Below, piece after piece: positions 1-12,500 of a stretch of DNA of 64,000 nucleotides. The DNA lies in NCBI GenBank assembly GCA_002269645.1, contig NIVC01003764.1, positions 1 through 64,000 of the forward strand, written 5' to 3'. Below the pieces are notes generated by a model. It made no database searches. It saw only the letters and a list, made by a program, of their open reading frames with translations, and was not told the origin of the DNA. Every line of letters starts with the position of its first letter. The first letter of the stretch is position 1. The translations under genes and the position numbers were made by a program. The stretch comes from Macrostomum lignano. Taxonomy: Eukaryota.

Positions 1-319
1 CTCTCCATTCGCATTAGCTAATTGGATAAATTTACCTGCTATGGTCATACCGGCATACGAAAGTCTCTCTTGCAGGCGATTCTGTCTACCTCTAATATTT
101 CATTTGCTCATGCGTCCATTGGTATAATGAGCTGTAAAATATATAAATATACATACTCAGACTCAGACTCAGCTACAAGGGGCTCTCTGGGCATCCGGAT
201 ACAGCGGGGATAGGCTCGTTCCCATAGCCACTGGCAGCTATTGTGCTCCGGTGGAGCCGGTGGTACCTGCGTCCGCAGCGCAGTCCCCATCCAGTGAGTC
301 CAGAAGGGGATGGTCGCTC

Positions 320-480
320 GCCCAGTAGCCCTTAGTAGCGTACATGTAGAGGAAGAACTGGCAGAGATTCTCGGGTTCGAAGATTTCGGAAAGTCCGAGT
401 TTGGGCCGAGGTTGTCGAGCCTGTCCTGAGTGAAGGCAGGGCATTCACAGATGAAGTGCTCCGCATTCTCACCCGGAGAG
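320..480 (-). mobile_element. Degenerate 3' end of a non-LTR retrotransposon (C-terminal Cys/His knuckle after RT)
   Basis: Minus-strand translation ENAEHFICECPAFTQDRLDNLG matches the E-x-x-E-H-F-x-C-x-C-P-A-F-x3-R-x3-LG motif at the C-terminus of LINE ORF2 proteins. No RT core is visible, so the limits are approximate. Confidence 0.5.
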
Positions 481-1985
481 GCAGATGCAACCCATGTACC
501 ATCGATTATAAGTATTTTAGCGATATTTTGAAACATATTTTCGAAAATTATGTCTCTGGTCGCAATGGGTTTTATTTCCAAAATTGCATTTGCTCACAAA
601 GCTTGAACCATGCTGTTGATCACTGTACTCAGCTCGGATCGTAGATGATATTTTGCTTGACTTGTAATAAATTTCAGATGGTCACCAGCTGATTATACGT
701 TGGTGTGTGATGTGTAGCAGGCAGGCATATTTTACCGGGTTCACAGTCTGTGAAGGTTAATAATGGTTGGCATGATCCAACGTAAAAAATTAGCCGCGTG
801 TAGTTCAAGGAGTTCAGCGGACACTGTGTGTCTATCGAACTATGGCACGTGTCTCTTTAAGCAGTAGTTATTCTGATACTCGCCTGTCTGACAAGACAAA
901 GTTGAGATGTACGTGACATACATGTGGTGTAGTGGAGCCTAGAGTGCAGAGCAAATTTGTAACCTGCGATCGAGAGTCTTTATAATGTTGCGATAACATG
1001 TAGCAAATGGAACTATAGCCTGTACCCCGGCCACTCTACCATTCTCTTCAATGTGCATCATTTCCTGTATCTGATTGAAACCAGTGTGCAAATGGTTTCT
1101 ATCACGGCCAAAAATGACTGAAACGCATACGGAATCAACTGTACAACATCCATTGTGAAGAGTGAAACTAGACCGGCTTTAACTTACGAGGGGCGTGCTG
1201 AAAGTGTTGAGCACGTGTAGCCCATGAGTCACAGCTGCAGGCGCTTGTATTTACATATATCTATCACCCTTCTAATGAAAGTATAGATCTTCAGCATCTT
1301 TTAAATGTTAATTATTCACAATTGCTTTTGAAAGTCGATTAGCACCCCTTATCAAAGGTACTCCATCCGATGAAACTCATAAATCGAAACTATAAATCGT
1401 ATCATAATAGCTTACCACCAGCGAAAATGCAATGTCTCGAAAGTTTCACTCAGCCTTTGGAGACCAAGCCGGCCTTCCCCTGCCACGGTTTTTCGGTGGT
1501 ACAATTATGAGGGCAAAGTGGGGCCAAAGAAGCCTTTTGATGACGAGCCTCTGAATATACGTCCAGCTTCTGCCGTCATGGATGAGAACATCGCTGCTGT
1601 TCGCAGAATGATTGATGAAGACCAACGTGTCGAGATCAAAGGATTGGTTCTGGGCATTGGATCGGCAGCGCTAACATATCCTTTCTGCATGAGAAGCTGG
1701 ATCCTCCAAGCATTGCACCCAATTGATACCTCACCACAACCTCCTGGAGGACCAAACAGCGAACAAGGTTGCGTTTGTTAGTGCGAATTTGGGCAAGAAT
1801 TATTTGTTTTTGGCAGATCAAAGTGGTGCTGGGTGATCATCACAGCCGTGACGAAGAGACCTGAATCTGCATGTACCAGTATAGTACCCAGAAACCAAGC
1901 AGCAGTTTTCAGTTTGGCTCTTTTTGGATATACATGTATACACGACGACTACATTGCTCCAGGACAATATTGCTCCAGGACTTAC

Positions 1986-2212
1986 TGTTGTGGGTGCGCG
2001 AGCATACGTACTTAACTCTATATGTTCAGTGTGCGGCCCGTCGGGCACGTTAATTTGCGAAAACGCGTTACGCAATAATCTAACATCCAATTTTTCTCAC
2101 AGCGTTAGAAAAAGTTAATATATTAAGTTAATATATAAATACAGGCCGTGGTCCGGCGAGACTCACTAAGTTTCTTTTCTGGCAACCAAACCTACGCGTT
2201 CAATACACAACA
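1986..2212 (+). repeat. 5' LTR (227 bp)
   Basis: Direct repeat of 4411-4619; starts TGTTG, ends CAACA. Confidence 0.95.
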
Positions 2213-3937
2213 ATGGCGACGAAGATGGCAGACTTCAGTTTCAACCCACCAACGCCGTACCTGGCTAGCCCGGGCGAGCCAAGCTGCCCGTGGCCAAGGT
2301 GGAAAAGTCAGTTCGCGATCTATTCAACGGCAACGGAACTGGACAAAACGTCGGAGGCGAAACAAATTGCCGTCCTTCGACACTGCCTCGCGCCGGAGGG
2401 CCAACGGCAGGCGGAAAGCGTGGAGGCGAACGACATGAAGAAACTGCTCGAAGAAATGGACAAAATCTTCGTGCCGAACAAGAGCGTCATCGGAGCTCGC
2501 TACAGGTTTCGGTGCAGGGAGCAGCGACCAGGGGAGCCGGTGCAGCAGTTCGTCAGAGATCTGCAGCAGCTCGCGGCCGATTGCGCGTTCAAGGACCTGA
2601 CGAAGGAGATGGTCCGCGATCAGCTTATCGAGAAAACGTGCATGCCACGTATCCGTGAGAGGCTGCTGATGGAACCAGACGACCTGACATTGGAGAAGTC
2701 CCTGCAGCTCACCAACCAAATCGAGACGGCCATCAACGAAGCCAAGGTCCTCAACGGCATATCAGGGGCGTCTCAAAAGACAGTGCACGCCGTCTCAAAG
2801 CAGAAAGTCAGAGCCAAGCCCAAAACGCGCAAGGACAGCGAGAAGTGCAGGCGATGCGGCGGCGACTACAGCAAGAAGCACAAGTGCCCGGCAATGGGAA
2901 AAACGTGCAAAAACTGCCGTAAACTGAACCACTTTGCCGCTGTGTGCCGAAGCAAGACGGTGGCGACAGTCGGCGAGGAGGTGAGCACCATCCTGCAAGT
3001 CGCGAACCAGGATCCGACTGCCGTCCACAACATCGAATGCGCGGTCCGCGACGAGCTGCTGACGCTGACGCTGGACAGCGGTGCCTCCGTGTCGGTGATC
3101 AGCATGTCCGACTTCCAGAGAGTTCGACGACACGCAACCAAGGGAAGCGGACCACCAGCACGGTTCGTGGCCTACGGAGGCTCGCACATCAGGACCTACG
3201 GGACAGCGACGCTCCCGGTCACGTTCAAGGAAAAGACGGCCTCGGTCTGTTTTCATATCACCGAGGGCAGCTCAAGCCTTCTTGGGCGTTCCGACTTCTC
3301 GAAGTTTGGTGTGTCTCTTCAAATTAACCATCTCGGTGACGAGGGCTCACAACTCCAGGACAACTCCAAGGACCTCTTCGAGTCGATCAGGCAACAGTCC
3401 AGCACGCCAGCAGGAGCCTGGGAGGAGCTGCAGCTCGAAATCTGCGGAGAGTTCAGAGCGGCGCCGCGTCACCAGAGATTCGTGATCCTGCTCATCGATC
3501 AGTTCAGCCGATGGCCAGAAGTCGCGCTCGTAGAATCGGTCACAACCAAGGTAGTCGTCGACTTCCTCGAGGTCATCTGGTCGAGGTGGGGCATCCCGAA
3601 GAGCATCACAACCGACAATGGACCCCAGTTCGGTCGAGAGTTCGACGAGTACCTGGCAAGCCTGGCGATCGAACACAAGCGAACGGCAGTGTACTGTCCA
3701 GAACAAAACGGCAACGTCAGGCGATTCAACCACTTGGACACACTTAGTGACAGCGCACTTGGTCGCCGGGTGGACCTTCTGCAAGGCGGTCCGAGCTGTC
3801 GTCGCGGCCTACAGGGCGACCCCAACGCACGTCATGGGTTCGAGTCCACACGAGCTCATGACTGGCCGACCAATACGCACCCCGCTGCTCGCACTCCAAC
3901 CGGACTCGGAAGCCAAGCGGACGACGTCAACTCATGA
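2213..3937 (+). CDS. Gag-protease-integrase core fusion ORF (574 aa) of the Gypsy element; integrase C-terminus continues in shifted frames to about 4349
   Basis: Gag with CCHC knuckles (CRRCGG..HKC, CKNCRKLNHFAAVC); aspartic protease LDSGASVS; integrase core LIDQFSRW and TTDNGPQF. After about 3735 another frame gives YRATP..SPHELMTGR and KLEPKLAGPFRV, and a further frame gives the LRRSEHERRLP tail. Confidence 0.85.
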   Translation: MATKMADFSFNPPTPYLASPGEPSCPWPRWKSQFAIYSTATELDKTSEAKQIAVLRHCLAPEGQRQAESVEANDMKKLLEEMDKIFVPNKSVIGARYRFRCREQRPGEPVQQFVRDLQQLAADCAFKDLTKEMVRDQLIEKTCMPRIRERLLMEPDDLTLEKSLQLTNQIETAINEAKVLNGISGASQKTVHAVSKQKVRAKPKTRKDSEKCRRCGGDYSKKHKCPAMGKTCKNCRKLNHFAAVCRSKTVATVGEEVSTILQVANQDPTAVHNIECAVRDELLTLTLDSGASVSVISMSDFQRVRRHATKGSGPPARFVAYGGSHIRTYGTATLPVTFKEKTASVCFHITEGSSSLLGRSDFSKFGVSLQINHLGDEGSQLQDNSKDLFESIRQQSSTPAGAWEELQLEICGEFRAAPRHQRFVILLIDQFSRWPEVALVESVTTKVVVDFLEVIWSRWGIPKSITTDNGPQFGREFDEYLASLAIEHKRTAVYCPEQNGNVRRFNHLDTLSDSALGRRVDLLQGGPSCRRGLQGDPNARHGFESTRAHDWPTNTHPAARTPTGLGSQADDVNS

Positions 3938-4410
3938 CCGGGTCGCCACGGCAAAGCAACGAGCAAAGAGCGACACCGACCGTCGGCGGCATGCATCAGC
4001 GACGCGGACCGCGGTCATCCAAGACGGCTCCTGGGTGCACATCTCCAAGCCGATGGCACCTGGCAAGCTGGAGCCGAAGCTCGCCGGGCCGTTCCGGGTT
4101 CTCAAGCGATTCAAGACGTACAACCGTGCTGCTCGGAAACGGCAAGCGGTGGCACCTGCGGCGCTGCGTGCCGGCCGGACCTGGCAAAGGAAGCGACGAC
4201 GACGGCGACGCGCAGCTCGACGAAGGTGGTGGCGGCCCGGAGGTGGATCCGCCAGGACCGCCTGATCATCTCGCTGGGGACCCGCCGGCACCCCGCCGGT
4301 GCTGAGAAGGTCAGAGCACGAGCGTCGACTGCCAATGCGCTCGTGAACTGAACCGTGTATGATGCACTGAACTGACATGCGATTACTTAGGGGAATCTCA
4401 TGTGGGAGGA

Positions 4411-4619
4411 TGTTGTGAGTGCGCGACCATACGTACTTAACTCTATATGTTCAGTGTGCGGCCCGTCGGGCACGTTAATTTGCGAAACGCGTTACGCAAT
4501 AATCTAACATCCAATTTTTCTTACAGCGTGCATGTTAATATATAAATACAGGCCGTGGTCCGGCGAGACTCACTAAGTTTCTTTTCTGGCAACCAAACCT
4601 ACGCGTTCAATACACAACA
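4411..4619 (+). repeat. 3' LTR (209 bp)
   Basis: Differs from the 5' LTR by 3 substitutions, a 1-bp indel and a 21-nt versus 4-nt block. Confidence 0.95.
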
Positions 4620-5580
4620 CTTACAGTATCTTAGTACGTGTTGACTGGTGAAATAATCATGCAGTTTCCTGTCGCTTGTGTTTGATGCGTGCATGGAGCA
4701 CACTTCGCCCAAGTGAAGAACTTTTTTGTGTCAAAAAACAATACCAGAGCATCCACATACGGCTGCTGAAACTTTGGCATTTCGTCAAAGTTTGGAGTTT
4801 AGTTCTGCCTCGCCCGCCAGTCCGGGGTGACTTGTCGTGGTTTTGCCTGGCACCGCACCGACAGACTTCTGTTGCCTTGGCTGTCGTTAACGTCATTTCA
4901 CTTTTGGCCTCTGCTTTTGCCTTTCTAACTTAACTATACGCGTTTTTCTCAGCTGGTGCCTTTATTGTTTGAATTCTCACTTTCTATAATGTGGGTCTAG
5001 CGGTTCAAGGTTCTTCAGCTCCTTAATTCTTCTATCAGGCAGTCAGAGCAAACCGTATAAGTTGACCGGATCTCCAAGTACTCAGGCTGAAATAATTATG
5101 TCCCTCGGAATATCTCACCTTCAATAACTATTAAGACAAATAAGTGGATTAGGACTTAGGTTTTGCATTTTTGGCAGATTGGAATTTTTTACCTCCGATC
5201 CCCCGCTGCCGGTGGGACGTCTTTGCGTGGTTAGCAACAGCGAGGGAATAGAGGCAATAGAAAATTGAGGCAATAGAAAATCTGGGACTCAGTCCCCTAG
5301 TTGTACACGAATTTAGTTAGTTCTAGTAGGTTGCTAAGTGTGTGGGTTAGAGATTATTCAGGGTTTTGCAAATATATGTGTTGCGTTAGATAAATTTTGG
5401 GATAGAAAGATTTTAGAAAAAAAGCATAGTTTTCCTTCTCTTAATTCTGTCCATGGTTGATTACACAGTCCTAGCTCTCTTTCTCTCTCTCTCGGTTGTC
5501 AAGCTTCTTGCGGTTGATCTCGCCTTCTTGGGCAGCTCCAGTTGAATAGGAGGTCTGATTCTGCTCTCGTGTTCGCCAGA

Positions 5581-5700
5581 TTCTTATTATTCTTATTGAT
5601 TGTCATTGTTATTAGTATTATTATTATTATTGTTATTAAGATTATTATTATTATTACTATTATTATTAATATTATTATTTTTTTTATTTTTATTTTTATT
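5581..5700. repeat. Imperfect (ATT)n microsatellite
   Basis: Runs of attattatt read directly. Confidence 0.9.
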
Positions 5701-7044
5701 AAAGCTATTAGTACAGCTAAGCTCGTATTTAGCATTATTAAAGTTATGATTGTGTAGTTCTTTTCACCATCTTTGCTATCCGGGGTTAATTGTAATAAAC
5801 TAGAGAAATAAACTTTTGTGTTAAAATGACACTAAATACACTAATTAATGACACTAAAATTATAAAATGCAGCTGCTCAACTGAATGTACTTGACGTGAC
5901 AGTGCCCATTTGAACCACTGTACTCTGGGAGAACTACGTGCATGTATTAAAAATTCGCTGCAGTCAAAAAATGCCTAGGCGCACAGATTAAAAAAACACT
6001 TTCGAAAAAAGTTCCAACAAACAAAACTTTGTTTTTTACGCTGGGAGGCACTGCAATACATATAAAAAATTAGGTCCAGTCAGCAAACTTCTAGGCACAC
6101 CGTTAAATAACAATTAGGAAAAAGTAGCTTGTATCTATAATCTACAAACAAATCTACAAACAAATCTGTCGCCGCTTTGATTGTCGCCAGATCGTCTTGT
6201 CACCAATTGGACACCCGACGGCAGTAGGCTAGACTGGGAAAAAGATCAAAAAATCTCCAGGCTAGCCTGGGAAAAGATCTTCTGTTGATCTTTCTTGTAT
6301 ACGTTGCCTGGAAAAAGATCATCTTTGCCTAAATGAATTAAATATATAAGTGCCAATGCAGAAAGAAGCGAAACGCATATTTGCTTGATATTCGCTTAAA
6401 ATGACAGAAGTTTAAATTGAATTTTTTCTCCTAATTTGAATTGTATATTTCTACGAAACTCTGTTTCGAAAATGTTTGCCAACCCACGCTGGCACGCTAT
6501 ATAGCAAATTCTATTATATTGCAAATAGAAGTTGGATTGTACTTTGTGTAGAAGTGAACTATATACTAAGCATACAAAATGTTTCCAAAAAACTTCTTTT
6601 AATTGTTTTGCATAGCAAGCTTAGTAAAAACTAAAAAAAAACAATTAGAAAGCACTTAACATTAACAAGCTACTGACTCTATAAATTGATGCTATCGTCA
6701 ATATCAGATATCAATGGCTATATAGTATTTAGTAGCATGCTAGCAATAGACCATATGTCTAGCACTGTGCCACTGTACAACTTTCTAAATCCAGTGCTTT
6801 AATGTAAAGAGAGCTATATATAAAGTATTACAATTATAAAGCTATACTGTTAATAAATTCTAAAGCCCTGTAGTAGTATAAAGCTATACTACCATACATA
6901 TTATAGCTGGATACAGTATTGGAATAGAATAGCTGGATAGGCTATTAATTTATTTTATAGCTACAGTTTCTATTATTAAAAATGTTTAGGTTTATAGAAA
7001 CTATTATATATAGTTGCCTATATCTCTAAAAACTATTGTATATC

Positions 7045-8395
7045 ATAAGCCTAGCCCCATCCCTAGTCCTGACCCTAGCCCTAGCTCTACTTAGCCCTAG
7101 CCTTAACCTTAGCAGCCATAGCCATAGCATTAGACAAAACTCTAACAATAGTCCTGGCCCTGGCACTAGCTTGGCTATAGCCCTAGCCCAGCCCTACCCT
7201 AGCAATAGCCCTAGCTTAGCCCTAGCTTGAGCTCAAGCCCCAGCCTAGCCCCAGCTCAAGCTCTAGCCACACTACAGCCCCAGCAGCCAGCTCCAGCTTA
7301 AGCTCAATCACCAGCCCAGCCTAGCCCTAGCCCTAGCCTGTACTCTATCCTAGCCCCAGCCCTACCCCACTCTATCCCAGCCCCTACTCTAGCCCTAACC
7401 CTAGCCCCTGCCCCTGCCCTAGCCCCAGCCCTACCCACCCCAGCCCCAGCCCTACCCACCCCAGCCCTACCCCACTCCAGCCCCAGCCCTACCACACCCT
7501 AGCCCCTGCTCTAGCCCCAGCCCTACCCCATCTCAGCGCCAGCCCTACCCCATCCCAGCCCCTGCTCTAGCCCCAGCCCTACCCCACCCCAGCCCCAGCC
7601 CTACCCCATCTCAGCGCCAGCCCTACCCCGCCCCAGCCCCAGTCCTACCCCACCCCAGTGCCAGCCCTACCCTATCTCAGCGCCAGCCCTACCCCATCCC
7701 AGCCCCTGCTCTAGCCCCAGCCCTACCCCACCCCAGCCCCAGCCTTACCCCACTCCAGCCCCAGCCCTACCCCACTCCAGCCCCAGCCCTACCCCACTCC
7801 AGTACCCCACTCCTACCCTACCCCAGCCCCAGCTCTACCCCACCCCAGCCCTAGCCCTACCCCACTCCAGCCCCAGCCCTACCCCACCCGAGCCCCAGCC
7901 CTAGCCCATCTCAGCGCCAGCCCTACCCCATCCCAGCCCCTGCTCTAGCCCCAGCCCTACCCCACCCCAGCCCCAGCCCTACCCCATCTCAGCGCCAGCC
8001 CTACCCCGCCCCAGCCCCAGCCCTACCCCACCCCAGCGCCAGCTCTAGCCCCAGCCCAGCCCTACCCCATCTCAGCGCCAGCCCTACCCCGCCCCAGCCC
8101 CAGCCCTACCCCACTCCAGCCCCAGCCCTACCCCACCCCAGCCCCAGCCCTACCCCACCCCAGCGCCAGCTATAGCCCCAGCCCTACCCCACCCCAGCCC
8201 CAGCCCTACCCCATCTCAGCGCCAGCCCTACCACATCCCAGCCCTAGTCCTACCGCACCCCAGTGCCAGCCCTACCCCATCTCAGCGCCAGCCCTACCCC
8301 ATCTCAGCGCCAGCCCTACCCCATTCTAGCCCCTGCTCTAGCCCCTGCCCTAGCCCCAACCCTAGCTCCTGCCCTAGCCTTGGCCCTAGACCCCA
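7045..8395. repeat. C-rich satellite built from AGCCCT/AGCCCC and ACCCC modules
   Basis: Repeated ccagccctaccccaccccagcc; the opposite strand is rich in G-runs. Confidence 0.9.
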
Positions 8396-9590
8396 CAGCA
8401 CTGGCCCTTTCACTATCCTAGCCCCAATCCCAGCAGAATTCTACTTCTTTGACTCCTGCACATCTGCACCCCTGCACTCCCTGCACCCCGTGCACTCCAC
8501 ATGTACTGATTGTATTTTTATGAATGCTTTTTACTTGTTGCTTTAATCACTAATTCCTCCCAGGCAGTCCTTCTAGGCTATCTTTCCTAGGCAGCCCCCC
8601 AGGCAAACCTCTCAAGGCAGCTTTCCCAGGCAAACTCTCCTAGTCAAACCCTTCAAGGCAGCCTTCCCAGACTACCCCTCCCAGACAGCCCTCCCAGACA
8701 GCCAACAAACAACCAACCAACCCAAACTTGTTGAATAAGTTTCATGTATTTTATACAAAATAGCCTAGTAGTTTTATGTATTTTACAATTTGAAAAATCC
8801 TTATATTGTATACATTTGGCTGTCAATTTTATTTTGTTTATTACCGACTAGCAGACTAATGACTTACATTCGAAGTTACCACTCTTTTACCCTATGGATT
8901 TGTATAAATTAGATGTAACCTGTATAATTATTAAAGTATTTTTTGAAGTTTTGATTGATTTATTTTGAGGTTCATTATAATTTTGAAAGATTTTAGAAGA
9001 TCCATAGGCTATGTAAATTATAGTAATTCAATATAGAATATAGCTTTAGGTTCATCCTACAATGAGATTTTCATGCAAATTGTCTAAGCATACATTAAAT
9101 TCTCGTCAATAATAGTAAACATGTTGTGATAAATGAGCATAAAAAATATTTTTAGGTCATAATTTAGATAAAATTAAAAATAAACAGACAAAATATTAAT
9201 ATTTATTTTTATGTATTTCATCTAGTCTAGACATTGTTAGGCTAGGCCTAATTTTTTATATATTTTTCGAGCTTATACTTGTATACAAGATTAAAAGGTT
9301 TATTTAAAGGAATAAATGTATTCAGCTTTTATGCTTTCAATCAGCATTATCCACTTTGTAAATATAAAACATCCTTTAATAAATACTTTTGTTTCAACAA
9401 ATCATCAATTTATCAGAAAATTGATTGATAAGTTGGTTTTGAATTTATAAACAAGCTAATAATGATCCAAAGTACTCTCAGAAACATGCTAACATTTTAG
9501 ATTTTTATGATAATATTAATGATTTACTATGTTATGACTTTTATGATATAATTACCTAATAATTGCAGCATTTGTTGAACAATAGCAGAC

Positions 9591-12500
9591 ATGTCAGATG
9601 GCAAGAATGCAAATTTCCATGTCACTGCCAGTCAGCACCTGTCCAATGCAATTCAGTCACTAGAGCGCCTTGCACTGGAAGTTGACCCCGATGAAGCTAT
9701 CATCTCAGGTCTCGATGGGGAAGCTGCCTGGCTATCAGCGGAGCTGCGAGACATTCGACAGCGACTTCGGGATGCTCGCCTTCGAATGCACTCGCCGCGC
9801 CTGCTGCCACCAGTGCCTGCTGTGCCTTCGCATCTTGAGGTTAATTCTCGAATATTTTAGAAGCTGAAATGAAGGGAAGAGTCGCTCAGCTACCCTCTGG
9901 TCAAGAGACTCTCTACTCTCTAGCTTTGGGGGCTGGCCCTACAACTCACTAGTGAATAGCGACTCTGTGACGATTCTTGCGACTTTTTAACGACTCAAAC
10001 GCGTCTAATGCGTCAAAGAGGCGACTGTTGCGTCACAAGCGCGTCACGTGACTTGCAGAATCGTGAAAGAGTTGTCCAAGAATCGTTGTTTTTGTCTTTA
10101 ACTTTCTACTAACTCAGTAGGCTTGTTAGAGTGCAATTAGAGTTCAATGGGCTACATTCGGTGTTTATGGCGTAACTGTAACTCTGACTCTTCTAATGCG
10201 GTTAGTGCGTCTCAGAAGTGGCGCACTAAAGACTCTACAGCGACTCCAGCACGCCTCAAGTACGACTCTACCGCTCCAAAGTCGTTTCACAGTCGCAGAC
10301 AATAAAACGCTTCAAAGTGACTTTTAGGCGACTCTTTGGTGACTAGATTCTCATGGGTTTGGGCGGCAGATTCTCATGGGTTTGGGTGGCAGATTCTCAT
10401 GGGTTGACTGGCAGATTCTCATAGGTTGATTGGCAGATTCTCATGGGTTGAGTGGCAGATTCTCATGGGTTGAGTGGCAGATTCTCATGGGTTGATTGGC
10501 AGATTCTCATGGGTTGAGTGGCAGATTCTCATGGGTTTGGGTGGCAGATTCTCATGGGTTGAGTGGCAGATTCTCATGGGTTTGGGTGGCAGATTCTCAT
10601 GGGTTTGGGTGGCAGATTCTCATGGGTTGAGTGGCAGATTCTCATGGGTTGATTGGCAGATTCTCATGGGTTGAGTGGCAGATATTCTCATGGGTTGAGT
10701 GGCAGATTCTCATGGGTTGAGTGGCAGATTCTCATGGGTTTGGGTGGCAGATTCTCATGGGTTGATTGGCAGATTCTCATGGGTTGAGTGGCAGATTCTC
10801 ATGGGTTGAGTGGCAGATTCTCATGGGTTGATTGGCAGATTCTCATGGGTTGAGTGGCAGATTCTCATGGGTTTGGGTGGCAGATTCTCATGGGTTTGGG
10901 TGGCAGATTCTCATGGGTTTGGGTGGCAGATTCTCATGGGTTTGGGTGGCAGATTCTCATGGGTTGAGTGGCAGATTCTCATGGGTTGATTGGCAGATTC
11001 TCATGGGTTGAGTGGCAGATATTCTCATGGGTTGAGTGGCAGATTCTCATGGGTTGATTGGCAGATTCTCATGGGTTTGGGTGGCAGATTCTCATGGGTT
11101 GATTGGCAGATTCTCATGGGTTGAGTGGCAGATTCTCATGGGTTGAGTGGCAGATTCTCATGGGTTGATTGGCAGATTCTCATGGGTTGAGTGGCAGATT
11201 CTCATGGGTTTGGGTGGCAGATTCTCATGGGTTTGGGTGGCAGATTCTCATGGGTTTGGGTGGCAGATTCTCATGGGTTTGGGTGGCAGATTCTCATGGG
11301 TTGAGTGGCAGATTCTCATGGGTTGATTGGCAGATTCTCATGGGTTGAGTGGCAGATATTCTCATGGGTTGAGTGGCAGATTCTCATGGGTTGATTGGCA
11401 GATTCTCATGGGTTGAGTGGCAGATTCTCATGGGTTGAGTGGCAGATTCTCATGGGTTGAGTGGCAGATTCTCATGGGTTGATTGGCAGATTCTCATGGG
11501 TTGAGTGGCAGATTCTCATGGGTTTGGGTGGCAGATTCTCATGGGTTGAGTGGCAGATTCTCATGGGTTTGGGTGGCAGATTCTCATGGGTTTGGGTGGC
11601 AGATTCTCATGGGTTTGGGTGGCAGATTCTCGTGGGTTGATTGGCAGATTCTCATGGGTTGATTGGCAGATTCTCATGGGTTGAGTGGCAGATTCTCAAG
11701 AGTTGGGTGGCAGATTCTCATCGGTTGAGTGGCAGATTCTCATGAGTTTGGGTGGCAGATTCTCATGGGTTGAGTGGTAGATTCTCATGGGTTGAGTGGC
11801 AGATTCTCATGGGTTGAGTGGCAGATTCTCAAGAGTTGAGTGGCAGATTCTCATGGGTTGAGTGGCAGATTCTCATGGGTTTGGGTGGCAGATTCTCATG
11901 AATTGAGTGGCAGATTCTCATGGGTTGAGTGGCAGATTCTCATGGGTTGAGAGGCAGATTCTCATGGGTTTGGGTGGCAGATTCTCATGGGTTGACAGGC
12001 AGATTCTCATGAATTAAGTGGCAGATTCTCATGAATTGAGTGGCAGATTCTCATGGGTTGAGTGGCAGATTCTCATGGGTTGAGTGGCAGATTCTCATGG
12101 GTTGAGTGGCAGATTCTCAAGAGTTGGGTGGCAGATTCTCATGGGTTGAGTGGCAGATTCTCATGGGTTGAGAGGCAGATTCTCATGGGTTTGGGTGGCA
12201 GATTCTCATGGGTTGAGTGGCAGATTCTCATGGGTTGAGTGAGACTCAACTAGCGCTGTTCAACCAACCCCAATCAGGGCATCGGCAGCATCTTCAAGAA
12301 GCAGCGAAACGGCGATCTCAAGATTCGGCCGGACGCCACCATCCCAGAGCTGTGCACCTCAATCAGACTGTTGAATCACGTCAAGATGTCTCTGCTCGGT
12401 CGCAGACCAAGTCTGTCTGAGCCGCCAGACACTGCAGACGTACCCGAAGGTGTTCTGTCCGGTTGGCGGCAGATGTTCGCCAGCCCATTGGCGGACATTG

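Larger units (their letters stand above)
1986..4619 (+). mobile_element. Ty3/Gypsy LTR retrotransposon, internally deleted (gag-protease-integrase; no RT/RNase H)
   Basis: TG...CA LTRs at 1986-2212 and 4411-4619; 5-bp TSD CTTAC (1981-1985 and 4620-4624); PBS TGGCGACGAAGATGG directly after the 5' LTR; short purine tract GGGAGGA before the 3' LTR; gag, protease and integrase motifs inside. Confidence 0.95.
1187..4870 (+). mobile_element. Mariner (Tc1/mariner) transposon fossil, interrupted by an LTR element
   Basis: TA followed by CGAGGGGCGTGCTGAAAGT (mariner-type TIR) at 1185-1205. Frameshifted transposase motifs in the correct order: SAFGDQA, ATVFRWYN, DDEP..RP, ENIAAVRRMIDED, LIPHHNLLEDQ and PETKQQFSVW before 1985; HPHTAAETLAF, VLPRPP..DL and APTDF after 4624. 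No 3' TIR found. Confidence 0.8.
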
